From the human T2T-CHM13v2.0 reference genome, Homo sapiens: DNA of 64,000 bases. This document shows, one piece after another, positions 50,461-63,629 of the stretch. The stretch lies in assembly GCF_009914755.1 (NCBI RefSeq), contig NC_060934.1. One strand, 5' to 3'. Position 1 is the first letter of the stretch; each line of letters starts with the position of its first letter. The translations under genes were made by a program, and so were the position numbers. A model generated the notes under the pieces. It was not told where the DNA came from. It was given only the letters and a program-made list of their open reading frames with translations, and searched no databases.

Positions 50461-50858
50461 AAAATATCAAGGAAACCTCCCTGTGCACAAAATACTAAAC
50501 AATGCAAATCTCCCCTCTTAAAACGTTCAAAACATAGCAAGAATCGTGTAATTGCCAACCTGCTGGCTGAATAAGCTGTGATCGGGGCTTGCTGTCCTGC
50601 CTGTGTCAGCACCACGAAGCTGGTGAATAATCATGCCCTGTCCTTTGTCTGTGCTGCGGGAAATAGGTCTTGAATTATTCAAGTTGTGAATGACACAGTG
50701 ACTTAAAGAATGGATCCTGCGCGTGAAATATAAGCACCTTGACTTGAGAACAAGTGGCTGCACACAAACATGCTCTTAGCACATCACTGGCCTCCATAAA
50801 ACATTGAGGGAGGGAAGAGGAGCGGGGGGAGGAAAGGGAGAAAGATGATGGTTCCCAT

Positions 50859-51048
50859 CAGGGCCAGCAAACTGCAGCTCACAGGCCAAAAGCAGCCCTG
50901 CTCCTGTGTGTGTCAATAAAGCCTGATGGGGACACTGGTGTAGGTGTGTCCAGGGCCGCTTTGACACCACAACGGCCAAACTGAGCAGTTGTAATAGAGC
51001 CTCAAATATTTACTAGGTGGGCCTTTACAGGAAAGCTTGTCGACGCTG
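50859..51048. mobile_element. MER58A hAT-Charlie MITE
   Basis: cagggccagcaaact..ggccaaa...aaatatttact..gcctttacaggaaa. Confidence 0.75.
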
Positions 51049-51220
51049 GTTTAAATAAAGACCAGCAAGCTTCTTCTCTGCAGGACTTATCAGGAGCCTT
51101 TAAAGTGCTATTTATTGGGGAATATGAATCTCCGCAAAAGGGATTTCCCAAACTCCTTAGAAGACAAACACTCTCTTCCACAGGGCATCTCACAAAGCCC
51201 TGGTGTCCGCAGAGCGCTGG
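51049..51220. mobile_element. MER103C-like fragment (opposite orientation to the 30160 copy)
   Basis: ctgcaggacttatcaggagcctttaa...gaatctcc...atttcccaaact. Confidence 0.55.
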
Positions 51221-52274
51221 CCACACAGGCCCTGCTGTGATCTGAGCAGGGTGCCACAGAACAAGGGCGGGGAGCAAAGGGAGTCTCTTGAGGAGTCCCT
51301 CCAGCCTGGGTGATGCAGAGGAGGCTCTGAGATTCCTGACCTGCACCTCCATCCCGCTTCTCCCAACCATGAGCTCCAACTTCAGCCCCACTCACTGAAG
51401 CCAGAAGGAAAACGCAGCCCATGGCAGAAGGGCACAGGCCAGCTGCTTGGAGATTGACCAGAAGCAGTGTTCCCTCAGAGGAAGCTTAGCCCTCAGGGTC
51501 AGTCCTCCTGCCGGGGGATGGTCACAAAACTGGCAACGTTCACCAACAGCACCCTGACCACGTAAGTCATTGCTCGTTTCAAGGAACAAATGGGGACACA
51601 AACCTAGACACAAGCTCTCTCGCTCAACGCTGTTCACCCAACCAGGGTCTCAGCCCTGGGGCACCGAGCTGGCCAAGCACCAGCAAGTGGAAGCAACTGC
51701 CTTAGTCCTTCAGCTGTCCCGGTGCCTCCTTGCCTCCCTCCACACCCTGCTGTGACCGCTGCCAGTGTCCGGCCATCCCTGTCCCAGCCCAGGCAGGGTC
51801 AGCAGCGCAGGAGCCCCTGCTTGCACCATGCACAGGTTCAGGAAGACCCAGTCTCTGCCCTGGAGGGCCTCTCAACCCAACTGAGAGGAGCCATGGAGGG
51901 ACAGACGAAGTGCTACAAAAGAGGGGAAACCCAAGACAGCTTCCTGGAGAGTGTGGCTCCAGAAACACGCCCGGACAGAGGGTGTTAACAAGGGAGAGTG
52001 CAAGGGCAGAAAGGCATTTCAGAGCAGGAACAGCCTGCCGCTGGGCAGGGAACAGGAAAGCCCAGAGCATATTCCAGGGGTATTTTCTTTTCCATGTCTG
52101 CCTTTTGGGAGAGCCTCAGGTGGGTGGCCTGGTTGGGGCCAGGTGGCAGCAAAGGGCCCTGCATGGCAGGAGAGGAGTCCACTGGCAGCGAGCCTGCTGG
52201 CACCTCCAAGATGGGCAGCAGCATGATCAGAACCGGGAGCTCGCGGGAAACCGCACTCTTCAGGGCAGAAGGTA

Positions 52275-52500
52275 TAATGAAAACAACAGTCATTGCCAGC
52301 TGTCGTGTGCACACACAGTGTGACAGCTGCGTGCGAAGTGCTTTATGTGCAGTTTCCTTTTATCCTTGTGAGGTGGATATGAAAGCCCTATGTTTCTAAA
52401 GAAGCTGAGGTGCAGAGAGGTTAAGTAACTTGCCCAAGGCCACCCAGCCAGGAAGTAGCAGGGCCAGGGGTTTAAATCCAGGCTCTTAAACACTCCCTCT
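52275..52500 (-). mobile_element. MIR
   Basis: gaagctgaggtgcagagaggttaagtaacttgcccaaggccac. Confidence 0.85.
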
Positions 52501-53904
52501 AACCCTCCTCCTGCAGGGGCAGAAAGAAGATGCTCAACCCATGGGCTGCGAGCTGTGCTTTAATGCAGTTGCTGAGTCATTTCCTCCAGATGACCCCAAC
52601 CGCACGTTGCATTTGAGCGTGGGGAAGGACCCAGCTGGCCCTGGCTGGGATGGTCCTCGGTCAGGTGGGGGCCACCAGGGCAGGCACCAGAGTCAATATG
52701 TCTCAGTCCTCACGGCTGGGTGCAGAGCCTGGCACATAGTAGGCATTCAGCTAGTAACTGTCAAATGGAGAATGGTTGAATGGCCATTTGTAAATGACTG
52801 GAACCTTCTCCATGGTAACCAGCTTTCTGTGTAACCCATGTAGACAGACAAAATGAAGTGCTCCAAGTATATCCATGATTATAATCCATCTCGAAATTGA
52901 AATGTGTTCCCCCAAATTACCCACTGTGTCTGGTTTCAAAGAGTTTATATTCTTGTAGAGTTTAGCTTCAAGATGGAACATGTCACATTCTGACAGTAAG
53001 AATGAGAGGAGCTCCCAGGATATTCAAAGACAGAAGCCAACCCCTGCCAGCTCCCCCAGTCCCAGAAAAGCTGCCACGATGGGGAAAGCCGTGTCCTTCA
53101 TCCAGTCTGAGGGAGCTCGCCTTATGGCACCAGCTGCCCAGGCTTCCCCACAAGGCCATCATTCTTTCCACTGACCCGGGAACTGATGCAATCAATCTTG
53201 TGATTATTGATGGTTCCGCTACTCTGGTTGTGGGTTTCCTGGCCAGGAATTAAACATCTTACTCAAGATGATCTAACTACATGTGTTGAGAGACCCACAG
53301 ATAGACAAAGACAGAGTAAGAAGGATGAAAGGCACATGCCACAAAGTGAAGGTCCTTGTCCCTGAAGGATGGGCTCGTGGGTGATTGGGGTTGCAGAAAG
53401 CAAAAGGTTACATGTTGTCAGGGCCCTGAAGCTGCCCCCATTGGGCAGGGCCGTTCCGTCCAGCTGCGGGGATGGGAACAGGAAGGTGGTTGTGAAACAG
53501 GGATGAGCCAGTCAGCTGAGGCCCCATCCTTCAGGGCGTGGGAGAGGCCTGGGGCAGGAGGGGAGGAACACGAGGCAGAGGTGGGAGGCCATAGGAGGCA
53601 TCCCTTTGCTAATCTAGCTGGAGCGGGGGCATCTGCGACCTGGCTGCCACCTCCCCTTGGTGACGACAACTCATGGCTCTGGCCCCACCTGTCTCCCCTC
53701 TAGCCTACAGGAACTTCTAGGGCTACAACTGTGTCTGCAATCTCCCTCTCCTATGCACATCTCAGAAGCTGGCATGGAGAAGGCACTCAGAGAAGGCTGC
53801 TGAGTGGAATGATCACTGCTGTGTGCTGAGGAGGACCTGCCCTCAGGAGGCCTCTGGTGCAAAGCCAGAAAGTAAATATTTTGGTGGGCTTAGAGGTAGA
53901 CTCC

Positions 53905-54410
<506 letters not shown>

Positions 54411-54487
54411 GGGCAGAAAGTGTCATTTTTTGTGCGGGCGCATAGTCTGCTATCGTACAGGCCACTGCGCCGTCTCACCTGCTGTCA

Positions 54488-54827
<340 letters not shown>

Positions 54828-55524
54828 CATGCTTGTATGGCTGAGGGTCCAATAATGCCTAGGCAAGGAGATTTGTTGTGCAGCATCTCGAGGTGTCAAA
54901 GAAAATTTCGTGGACCCGAGGGAGTGGGAGTTCCACTGGGGGAGCACAGGACCCCATTGAGACCGCCTGCCTGTCCTCCATTCTTTCAGCAAACAGTGGG
55001 GAGTTCACGCAAGGCCAGGCCCCAGGTGGGAATCAGAAATGGCTTTGACCAGGTTCCTGCCGCAGGGAGCTCACGGCCTGGTGGGCACAGAGTATTGGAA
55101 CCAATCATCCCCGCTCAGCGCCAGCGCCTGTGATGAGGTCCAAGAAGGCCCCCAGGATCCAGGCCAGGGCCCAGCCAGGAGGCTGCTAAGCCTGTCCGGG
55201 GCTGGAATCATGTCCAGTATCTCAGAGGGCTTTAATTTAAGGCCACGCGTTTAAAACAGCAATGCTTTCTCTGCAAAGAAAGTGCCATCCAGGCCTAATA
55301 AATCCCTCCAAACCTGAAATTCTAAGCAGCAGATAAACAGGAGGTATCACGTTTCTTTGAAAACACATTGAAATGTTTTCTGAGAAAAGACACTTATCCA
55401 TGCCCAGAAATCCTGCACCGTCTCTCATGCCTCCCGCAGGCCACTGGGGCTTGGGGTTTGCATCCTCCCGGCTCCCTGCTCAGGGCATCCGGCTGGTCCT
55501 GTGGGATTCATCATGTTTAACAAA

Positions 55525-55700
55525 TTCTTCAGCAGTGCTTCATGAGTGCAGGACTCTGTGCCAAGAGCTTTTCAATCATAATGCATCTGCTCCCAAGGCA
55601 ACCCTGGGGGTGCAGGCCCCATGCCCACCCTCTTTTTTGCAGGTGAGGAAACTGAGGCAGAGAGAAGTGAAGTGACTCGCCCAAGGCTAAAGTGGGACCA
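55525..55700 (-). mobile_element. MIR
   Basis: ttttgcaggtgaggaaactgaggcagagagaagtgaagtgactcgcccaagg. Confidence 0.85.
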
Positions 55701-56008
55701 ACCCTAACCCTTCTCTCCAAAGAGGCCAGGCTACTGAATGACAGCAAAAAGGGGTTTGGCCAAGTCGTGGCCGGAAGGACCAAGTCCACGTCCATCTGCA
55801 GAGCATTGTGAGAGGCATCTGGCGCCCACACCTCCCATCGGTGATCCAGAGTCTGTCTAGGGAGATAAGAGCGGGCTCAGAGCCTCCCTCGAGGGCATGG
55901 AGGGAAGACTGGGCAGGCCAGGAAAACGGGCCCTGCTCTCCTGGCAGTGAGAAGTTCTGGTGTTGAGAGGGAATGACTAGCGAGAGAAGCACCCCCGCCC
56001 CGCCACCT

Positions 56009-56195
56009 TAGGGTGCCCGAGTTAGCAAACACAAATACACGATGCCCAGTTACATTTGCATTCCAGAGAAGCAAATCCACTTAATATAAGTATGTCACAT
56101 GCAACAGTTGGAATATACTTATACCAACAAAGCATTCACAGTTTACCTGCAACGTGCACGTGGCCAGGCCGTCTTCGTTTTATCTGGCAACCCCA
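56009..56195. mobile_element. MER53 palindromic hAT MITE
   Basis: tagggtgcc...aaatacacgatgcccagtta...tataagtatgtc...atacttatac...ttttatctggcaaccc. Confidence 0.8.
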
Positions 56196-58189
56196 CCCCT
56201 CCACCCCGACTGCTCCCGCAACGCTGTTGGGAGTTCAGGGAAAGGTCTGGTGCCCAGACCCACTCCTCTTCCCATACTAGCTCCTAATGACAGAATCTAA
56301 ACACACAGAAGGAGCCTAGCAGGGATCAAAGGTGGCTTTGTTCATGGTGTCATCAGATTGGAGGACATGGCGCAGATGTGGAGCTGACTGACCTGGGCAC
56401 GTGGTGCCTCCTCCATCCCTGGTTGTGTGTAAATCCTTCAATATCTGAGTGTGTTTCTTTTCCTAAAACTCGGGCAATAATAATAAACCACCCCCTACCT
56501 TCCCCCGGAAAGAACTGCTGGGATCCCACATTACACGCAGACGTGCTCCATTGAAAGTAGAGTGCCCCCACGTCCTACCACATTTTAATTTATAATTTTA
56601 ATAATAATAAAGGAAGAGGTTGAATTCATTGCATGACTCCAAGGCCTTCTGGCATTCTCAGCGGGCCTGGTTTTCTGTGTGTACAGAGTTAATGCCAACA
56701 CTGCTCTGGAGGTGGTTAAAAAAAGAAAGACATCCCGCAGCAAATTTGATTTAGGTGTCTAATTCCATTTGAAATGACTTCAGCAATAAATAAACCCCTC
56801 TCTTTGATTTTTTTAAATCAGCACATTTCAGTGGCAAAGTGACATCTTGGAAGCAGCGGTCCTCTCCACCCTGCTTGGCTGGCACAGGTGGGCCCCCATG
56901 CAGGGACACCAAGTCTGGCCCGGCGCCCGGCCATCATGCCTCTGCAAGTACAGAGAATATCCACTGCCAAGCACTTAGATCCCTGGCTCAGCAGGGCAGT
57001 CAATCTCACCTGCACAGATCTGCCTCACCCTATTCACCTGTGGATCATGCAGGCGTCCAAGGTAGCTCTCAGTGTCCCATTTGTAAATCTATAGGGAGTG
57101 TCCTGTTGGACATTAATGAGTGACAGAGAGGCTTTGGGAGGCAGATAGGAGTCCGGGACTGGAATCTGGGCCATGGATCCTGCTCTTTGACCTAGAGCAG
57201 ATGCCCAGGGGCACTTCCTGGGGCCCAGGAACACTACTGGGGCTCAAGGGCATGGCCAAGCATTCATCTCCAAAACCAGCCTGCTGTGGAGCCGCTTGTT
57301 AATCAGGAGATGCTGGTGAGTTCCTGAGCTCCCTGGAGTTCCACGTCCTCACCTGTGTAGTGGGGCTAGGAGAGGCGGCTCCACCTAAGGCTGTCTCCAG
57401 GACGTTCTTTCTCCATCTATCATCTACCCTCGTGTAGGGTGCGTAGCACAGCCTAATAACTGCAAGTGCAATGCAGCAAAGAGGAAGGGCTTCTAACCAG
57501 CAATTGGGGCAGCCTCAGGAGCTCAGAGAAGCTACACGTCTGTGCATGCACACACACACACGCTGACATCCACTGAGTCACAGACACACACAGACTCCCG
57601 TGCCCCGCGGGCAGAGCAGGCTGCCTGCTGCTTGGATGTGGCCACCGAGCGGGTGCATCCAGCTCCACCATCGACAGCTCACGTGGACTCTTGCTCTGTC
57701 CCTGTCACCGCACCACAGTGAGCTGCAGGGATCAGGTGAGGATTTCATCTTTCACCTTTCACAACACTTGATCATAAAACAAAGCTGAGCGTTTAACAGT
57801 TTAGGTTTCAGGCCTCTTCAAAATGTCCCTGGGTCAAATGGCTGCAGGGAAACAGGCCCTGCACTGCTAAGTGTCTGCTCCTGGAATGGGAAACAGCCCC
57901 TGGGCTGTCTCTTCACCTGGAAAAGTTCGCAAAGGCCCCTAGGCTGGCCCTTAAACACAACCAGCAACCAGAGGCCCCTCCCACCCTGGAGCTGATAAGG
58001 CCCCCACCACTAGGAACCACGGAAAGGCCACAGGAGCAGACACTGCTCTTTGACTCCCTGAGGTGACAGCCCCGAGTCCCCATCGTGGGCTCCACTCTCT
58101 AAAGCTGCCCCTGGGCCCACAGCAAGGCATCCCATGCCGGTTCCCAGTCAGCCCCTGTGGCCTATGGCCCCAACACCTCCCTGTAAGTC

Positions 58190-58385
58190 AGACACACAGG
58201 TTCCAAGGCCTGCCCAGGGCTCAGTCAGTGGGCATGGGGCAAGGCCCTGGCACGTGGAGGTTTAACAAGCTCCCAGGTCGCCCTTGACACCAGGTGGAGC
58301 CTGAGGGCTACATTTCTAATGAGGCCCAGGTGATGCTGAGCCGGCTGGGCTGTGGGCCACACTTTAATGGGCAACAGCTGCAAGC
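58190..58385. mobile_element. MER5A-like fragments
   Basis: tttaacaagctcccaggt; catttctaatgaggcccaggtgatgctga..ggccacacttt. Confidence 0.6.
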
Positions 58386-58626
58386 TGTAAGGAACATGCA
58401 TCGCTCTTTGAAGAGGGACCTGGAGTGCATCCATCTGGCTAGATGGTTTGGGGAATGACGTGGACCTTGGTCACCACTGAGCTCCTCTACCCCCTCCCTG
58501 GATACCTTTAGCCAGCATCCCATGGGCCTCTCCACTCCAACAGGTACAAAGACAGCTAGAAATATGGGGGCACCCCCCGCCACCTTACCCCTGCATCTAG
58601 CCGGCCACCAAGTCCCAGGGCTCATC

Positions 58627-59157
58627 TGTTTGGGTAACTATTCCTGTATAAAAGATACTCCAAAACTTCACAGCATAAAACAGCTATTTTGTTGTATTCA
58701 AAGGTTGGATTCTGTAAGCCAAGAATCCAGGCGGGGCACCACAGAGACAGCCTGTTTCTGCTCCACAGTGTCTAGGCTCTCAGCTGAGAGGACTCAAGGA
58801 CTGGGGTTTGGAATCATCTGGAGGCATCTTCCCTGACCTGTCTGACAGACGATGCTGTCAGCTGGAATCTCAGTGGGGACTGTCAGAACACAGCACATAC
58901 ACAGGCCTCTTTGTGTGGCCAGGGCTTCCTCCCAGCATGGCAGCCTCAGGGCAGTCAGATTTCTTTAGATGGATGTTCAGGCTCCAAGGGTAAAAGTCCG
59001 AAGAGAACCAGGACCTAGCCTCAGAAGTTATGTGCTGTCATTTCCACTGCCTCATGTCACCTAGGAAGTCAGCCCAAATCGAAAAGGAGGAGACATCAAC
59101 ACCACCTCTCCATGGGAAGAGTGTCAAAGAATTTGCAGACGTGTTTGGAAACCACCC
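58627..59157 (-). mobile_element. MLT1G/H-like LTR
   Basis: tttctgctccacagtgtct...ggaatcatctggaggc...ccacctctccatgggaagagtgtcaaagaatttgcag. Confidence 0.8.
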
Positions 59158-59164
59158 ACCCTCT

Positions 59165-59620
59165 CAGCGGTGTCTCCCACGCGCATGCTCTCCCTTTGCC
59201 TCCTGACCTCTGGCTTGGTTCAGGGCCTCCCTATCTCCCATCTGGGCCTTTGAACAAGCGCCTTGTTGGTATCCCTACCTCCAGCCCTGCACTGCAGGGC
59301 AACTCATCACCAACAGGGATGTCCATGACACAAGCAGGTCCAGTAGCTTCCTACTTGGACGCTTCCAGCCATTCACCGTAGAAGTAGGAAGCAGCCAAGC
59401 TGTCTGACTTGCAGCATTCATTTATCCTGACCCCTGCCTCTGCTCCAGCCAAATTGTACTCCAAATCTCCACTCTCCTTGCTCTTCTGCCTTTGCATGTG
59501 CTGGTTTCTCTACCTAGAGTGCTCCCTTTACCTCTGACAGGATCCTAGCAAACTCCTATTCATCCTCCAAAACCCAGCTCCAATGTCACATCCTCTGTGA
59601 TGCCATCTTTAAACCACTCA
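59165..59620 (+). mobile_element. L2 fragment
   Basis: gcctttgcatgtgctggtttctct...aactcctattcatcctccaaaacccagctc. Confidence 0.7.
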
Positions 59621-59642
59621 TGATTATAATAGAGGTGCAGAC

Positions 59643-59786
59643 CAGTGGTTCCCATTCTTAGCTACACATTGGAATCACCGAGGGAACTTTAACACATACT
59701 GATGACTGGATGCCACCCCCAGACAATTCTGGTTTAGTGGACTGCATACAGCCTAAGCATGAGAAATTAAACTCTAAGAACCGCTG
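59643..59786. mobile_element. MER5A-like MITE
   Basis: cagtggttccc...cacattggaatcacc...agaaccgctg. Confidence 0.75.
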
Positions 59787-59791
59787 GTATC

Positions 59792-60104
59792 GGCCGGGTG
59801 TGGTGGCTCACGCCTGTAATCTCAGCACTTTGGGAGGCCGAAGCAGGCAGATCACTTGAGGTCGGGAGTTTGAGACCAGCCTGGCCAACATGGTGAAACC
59901 CCGTCTCTACTAAAAATACAAAAATTAGCCAGGCGTCATGGCTACGCCTGTAATCCCAGCTACTCGGGAGGCTGAGGCATGAGAATCTGGGAGGCGGAGG
60001 TTGCAGTGAGCAGAGATCATGCCACTGCCCTTCACCTGGGTAACAAAGCAAGACTCTGTCTCAAAAACAAAAACGACAATGACAACAACAAAAAAAAAAG
60101 AAAA
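59792..60104 (+). mobile_element. AluSx/Sz-like, with a small right-arm deletion
   Basis: ggccgggtgtggtggctcacgcc; gagaatc|tgggaggc junction; TSD gctggtat. Confidence 0.95.
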
Positions 60105-60118
60105 CAGCTGGTATAGAG

Positions 60119-60303
60119 CAATGGTTCACAGAGCCCAGCACAGAAAACCACCTGGGGATGTTTCAAAGCACCCCTTTTCCCCAGAGCCCCACTTCAAACT
60201 TATTAAATCAGAGTCTGCAGGCGTGAGGCCAAGACAATGGCATGGCCACTTTATGAAGTCTACCCAGATGATCCTAACATGCACACGGTGGGAGAAACGC
60301 AGG
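60119..60303. mobile_element. MER5A/B-like MITE
   Basis: aaccacctgggga...attaaatcagagtctg...cccagatgatcctaa. Confidence 0.65.
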
Positions 60304-60937
60304 GGTAGAGTCAAGCTCTCATATTTTTATATGATATTATGGAGCATGACTCAAAGCCTCCATCTAATTTCTGGTTTAGGAAAGATCATCTTTATCCCAG
60401 AAGTGAACAAGGTCACAAATCTGTTGGGTTTTTATAGAATACATATCGCAAGCCACTTTCCAATTCTAAAACTAATAAATGAATGCAAAAGATGAATAAT
60501 TTAAATATCAATTTCATGCACATCGTAGATGCTCAAAAAATATTCATTGACTCAATTAATCATCCAATCGATCAATATAATCCTAGTTCTACAGCTACCC
60601 AAAATACTTCTGCATCTCCCCCAGTAAACTATGAGTTCCTTGAGGGCAGGTATGGGGACCCCAGCCCCCATGCAAAGGACATTTGATGAATAAAAAAATG
60701 CCTTGATGTGCAAAGCAAATGACCCTGAAGGCTCATGGCTATCTCTGTATTTTCTAGGTGTGCAGTGGTTTTCTAGTTGAACAGAAAAATGCTAGTACGT
60801 AACGAATGAATCCATCCATTGTTGGAAGGATGATGATGTTACGATTATAGAAAAAATCCTTATTAGTCAGCTTGTCCAGGTTATTGTGCTTTTTTTTGGA
60901 GGCTTTTCAACTGAACATTAACCCAGAGGCTCATGGC

Positions 60938-61033
60938 CAGCTCCCAGCCACACATGGACCGGCATGTCACAGCTCCCAGCCACACATGGACTGGCATGTC
61001 ACAGCTCCCAGCCACACATGGACCGGCATGTCA
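60938..61033. repeat. 32-bp minisatellite, 3 copies
   Basis: cagctcccagccacacatggac(c/t)ggcatgtca x3, one mismatch. Confidence 0.97.
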
Positions 61034-61224
61034 GGTGCCCAGTGCTGCTCTGTGCACTGCCACCCAAGAGGCATGCCTCAGCCTTGCCTGAGCAGCCCTC
61101 ACAGGGCACATGGCCTCTGCCCAGTGACCAGTGGAGGGTGGAAGGTGGAACCATGGCCTATGCATCACCCCTGTCTCGTGATCTCAGCTGCTTTGGCCTC
61201 TTGGTTGCAAGAGCTACAGCTCAG

Positions 61225-61430
61225 TGATAAAGAACAAGGGCTCTGGGGTCAGACAGGCTAGGGGTCTAGAGCCTGGTCCACCACTAGCTGTGTGACTAGG
61301 GCAAATCACTGCACCTCTCTGAGCCCCAATGAAGATGATGTCAACAACAGTACCTTCCCTGAAAGTCATTATGAGATGAAAATTAAATGATGCCTGTGGA
61401 GTCTGAATGCCAGGCCTGGCACAGAAAAAG
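61225..61430 (+). mobile_element. MIR
   Basis: ggctctggggtcagacagg...ctagctgtgtgac..gggcaaatcact. Confidence 0.75.
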
Positions 61431-62613
61431 GGCTCAGGATGTGGCAGGTGATGGCGCAGAGATCGAGCCGCAGGACCCTGGGCTGCGACTTAGTGACTGT
61501 GCCACTCAGAGCAAGTCACTTACGTTGTTAAGCCGGGTTTTTGCATCTGTGGAACAGAACCAATAACAGAGCCCATCATAAGATCACTGATGAGCCAGTG
61601 CTGAGAAGGACCAATCACGGTGTTCGCCATAGCTGTTATTATCACCTTTGCAGGATCAGGGTTGATAATGGCTGCCATTTATTATTAATATAATCCCCAG
61701 AAACTGACTCTTCTCCCAGCAGGGGTGCGGTCATGGTTCATGTGCTGACAACATTCTAGAGACTTGGAAACAGTTTTCTTCCCACCAGCACCAGCCCTGC
61801 CAGAACCTGCTGCAACTGTTTTTGTAATCAATGGAAACGTGCACAGTCCAAGGGAGGTGGGGCAGAGAGGAAGCAGGCACATCCCAGGCTTGCATCTGCC
61901 CAGGCAGAACCAAGGCACCAGCCTCCTGCCACCCACCAAGGCCAGAGGGAGGAACAAATTCAGGTCCCCTTGCGGGATGACGGCCCCCTCCCCACATAGC
62001 CTGAACCAACTCAGCAACTGATTTCTCAGCAATGGATTTCTAGGTGAGCAATGGATTAAGACTTTTCTGGTCTTAAAGCTTGAAATTCACCTCATTTCCC
62101 CAATCCCCAAAGGGGAGCAAGTCCGTGTGCAGCCTTCCAAAACCAATGAGTCTGCTTCTAGAACCATCCCAGTCGCCACCTCTGCTGCTTCCTCCTCCTC
62201 TTCCCAGGCCCCTGAAGCAATCCGTGGGCCCAGGGTACTTGAGCCAAAGAACAAGGTGCTAGGCCAGGGTGACACAGGCTGGGCCAGCTGTGGAGGACAC
62301 AAGACTCCTTCCCCAGTGCACACACAAGTCCTGGTCCAGATGAGAGAAAGGAAGACAGAACATTCCTCTGGCAAAAGGTGACATAGTGGCATTCACGACC
62401 AACCCCTTGGCACTCAGGTGATGCTGCCCTTGAACAAATGTCTGAGAGCAGCCTTCTCCCAGTACAGACACGATCAGCTCTCATCCCGGGTCAGGACTGT
62501 GGATGCGTAGCTCTCCAGCAAATCACAAACTTCCTAACGTAGCCAGCTGGTCAGTCTTGGCCAAGCCCAAATTCCCCCTCCCCCCAGGCAGCCGTGTGGC
62601 ATTCTGAAAGGAG

Positions 62614-62995
62614 TGAAACTGACCCAATAGGCCCACAGACAGTTGTTGTTGTTGTTGTTGTTTAATAAACATAGAAATTGAAATTGACTTTTCTGGGCTT
62701 AAAGCTTGAAACTCACCAGATCCAGACAATGAAACACCAGGCCCCTCGTTCATCATGATTCCCTACTTAGCCCTCCTGAGTTCCTGTTTTCCCATACGTA
62801 GTTACATTTCTTCCCTGCTATATAAACCCCTTATTTTAGTCAGTTAGGGAGATGGATTTGAGACTGATCTCCCAACTCCTCAGCCGCAGCACCCGATTAA
62901 AGCCTTCTTCCTTGGCAACAATCATTGTCTCTGTGATTGGCTTTCTGTGTGGTGAGCAGCAGAACCTAGACTGAACCCCTGGTGTTTCAGTAACA
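62614..62995 (+). mobile_element. MER39/MER39B ERV1 solo LTR (internally deleted)
   Basis: tgaaactgacccaatag...ctgctatataaacccc (TATA)...gattaaagcc (polyA signal)...gtgtttcagtaaca. Confidence 0.85.
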
Positions 62996-63629
62996 GACCT
63001 TGTCTGAAGACCTGGGTGCCACCTGGGTGAGCCCTGGCTGGCTGAGTCTTCAGACAGTGTTGAACCTCTCTCTGCCTGAGATGAAGATAAAAGTAACCGA
63101 TGCTGCTTACTGACCTCACTGGGTACTACAAGGTGCTGTGAGACAAAAATACGGACGTGCTCTGCAAACTCAAGTCCTCGTCAGGATTAGTGACCATTCA
63201 GAGCCCTTCCTCTGGTCCTAGGGGAGCCCCTGGCAGAGGACGGTAAACTTGAATCCCCTGGGGCCCTCAGGAGCAGGAACTCAGAGCAGCCCTCTGAAAA
63301 TCTGAAATTTCTGCAGCATCTCTTGTTTGATCTTCAAAGCTCATACAGACTTTATGTTTCACTCATAATACATCGGTCTGTTTTATTACTAAGAGGACAT
63401 TGTAAAATTAGCTACCATCACCGATGCACCTGGTCAGTGATGCCCCAGCAAGTTGTGACAGGCATACTCGGTGGCTGTCCCAGACACCAGCTCTCACTGC
63501 AGTTTGAGTGGCATAGTGGCTGTGGAGACCCTCACAGTTCTTTCCAGGAAGAGCTCAAATGGCCAACGTGAGCCCCATTATTATAGGTCCTGGCTGGTCT
63601 CTGTGTAGCCAAGATCATGCAGTAAACCC

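Noticed and set aside
56009-56195. Palindromic segment as a novel hairpin RNA
   Set aside because: Explained by MER53, and the arms are too diverged
60938-61033. 32-bp repeats as a CRISPR-like array
   Set aside because: Units are contiguous with no spacers, in primate DNA; an ordinary minisatellite
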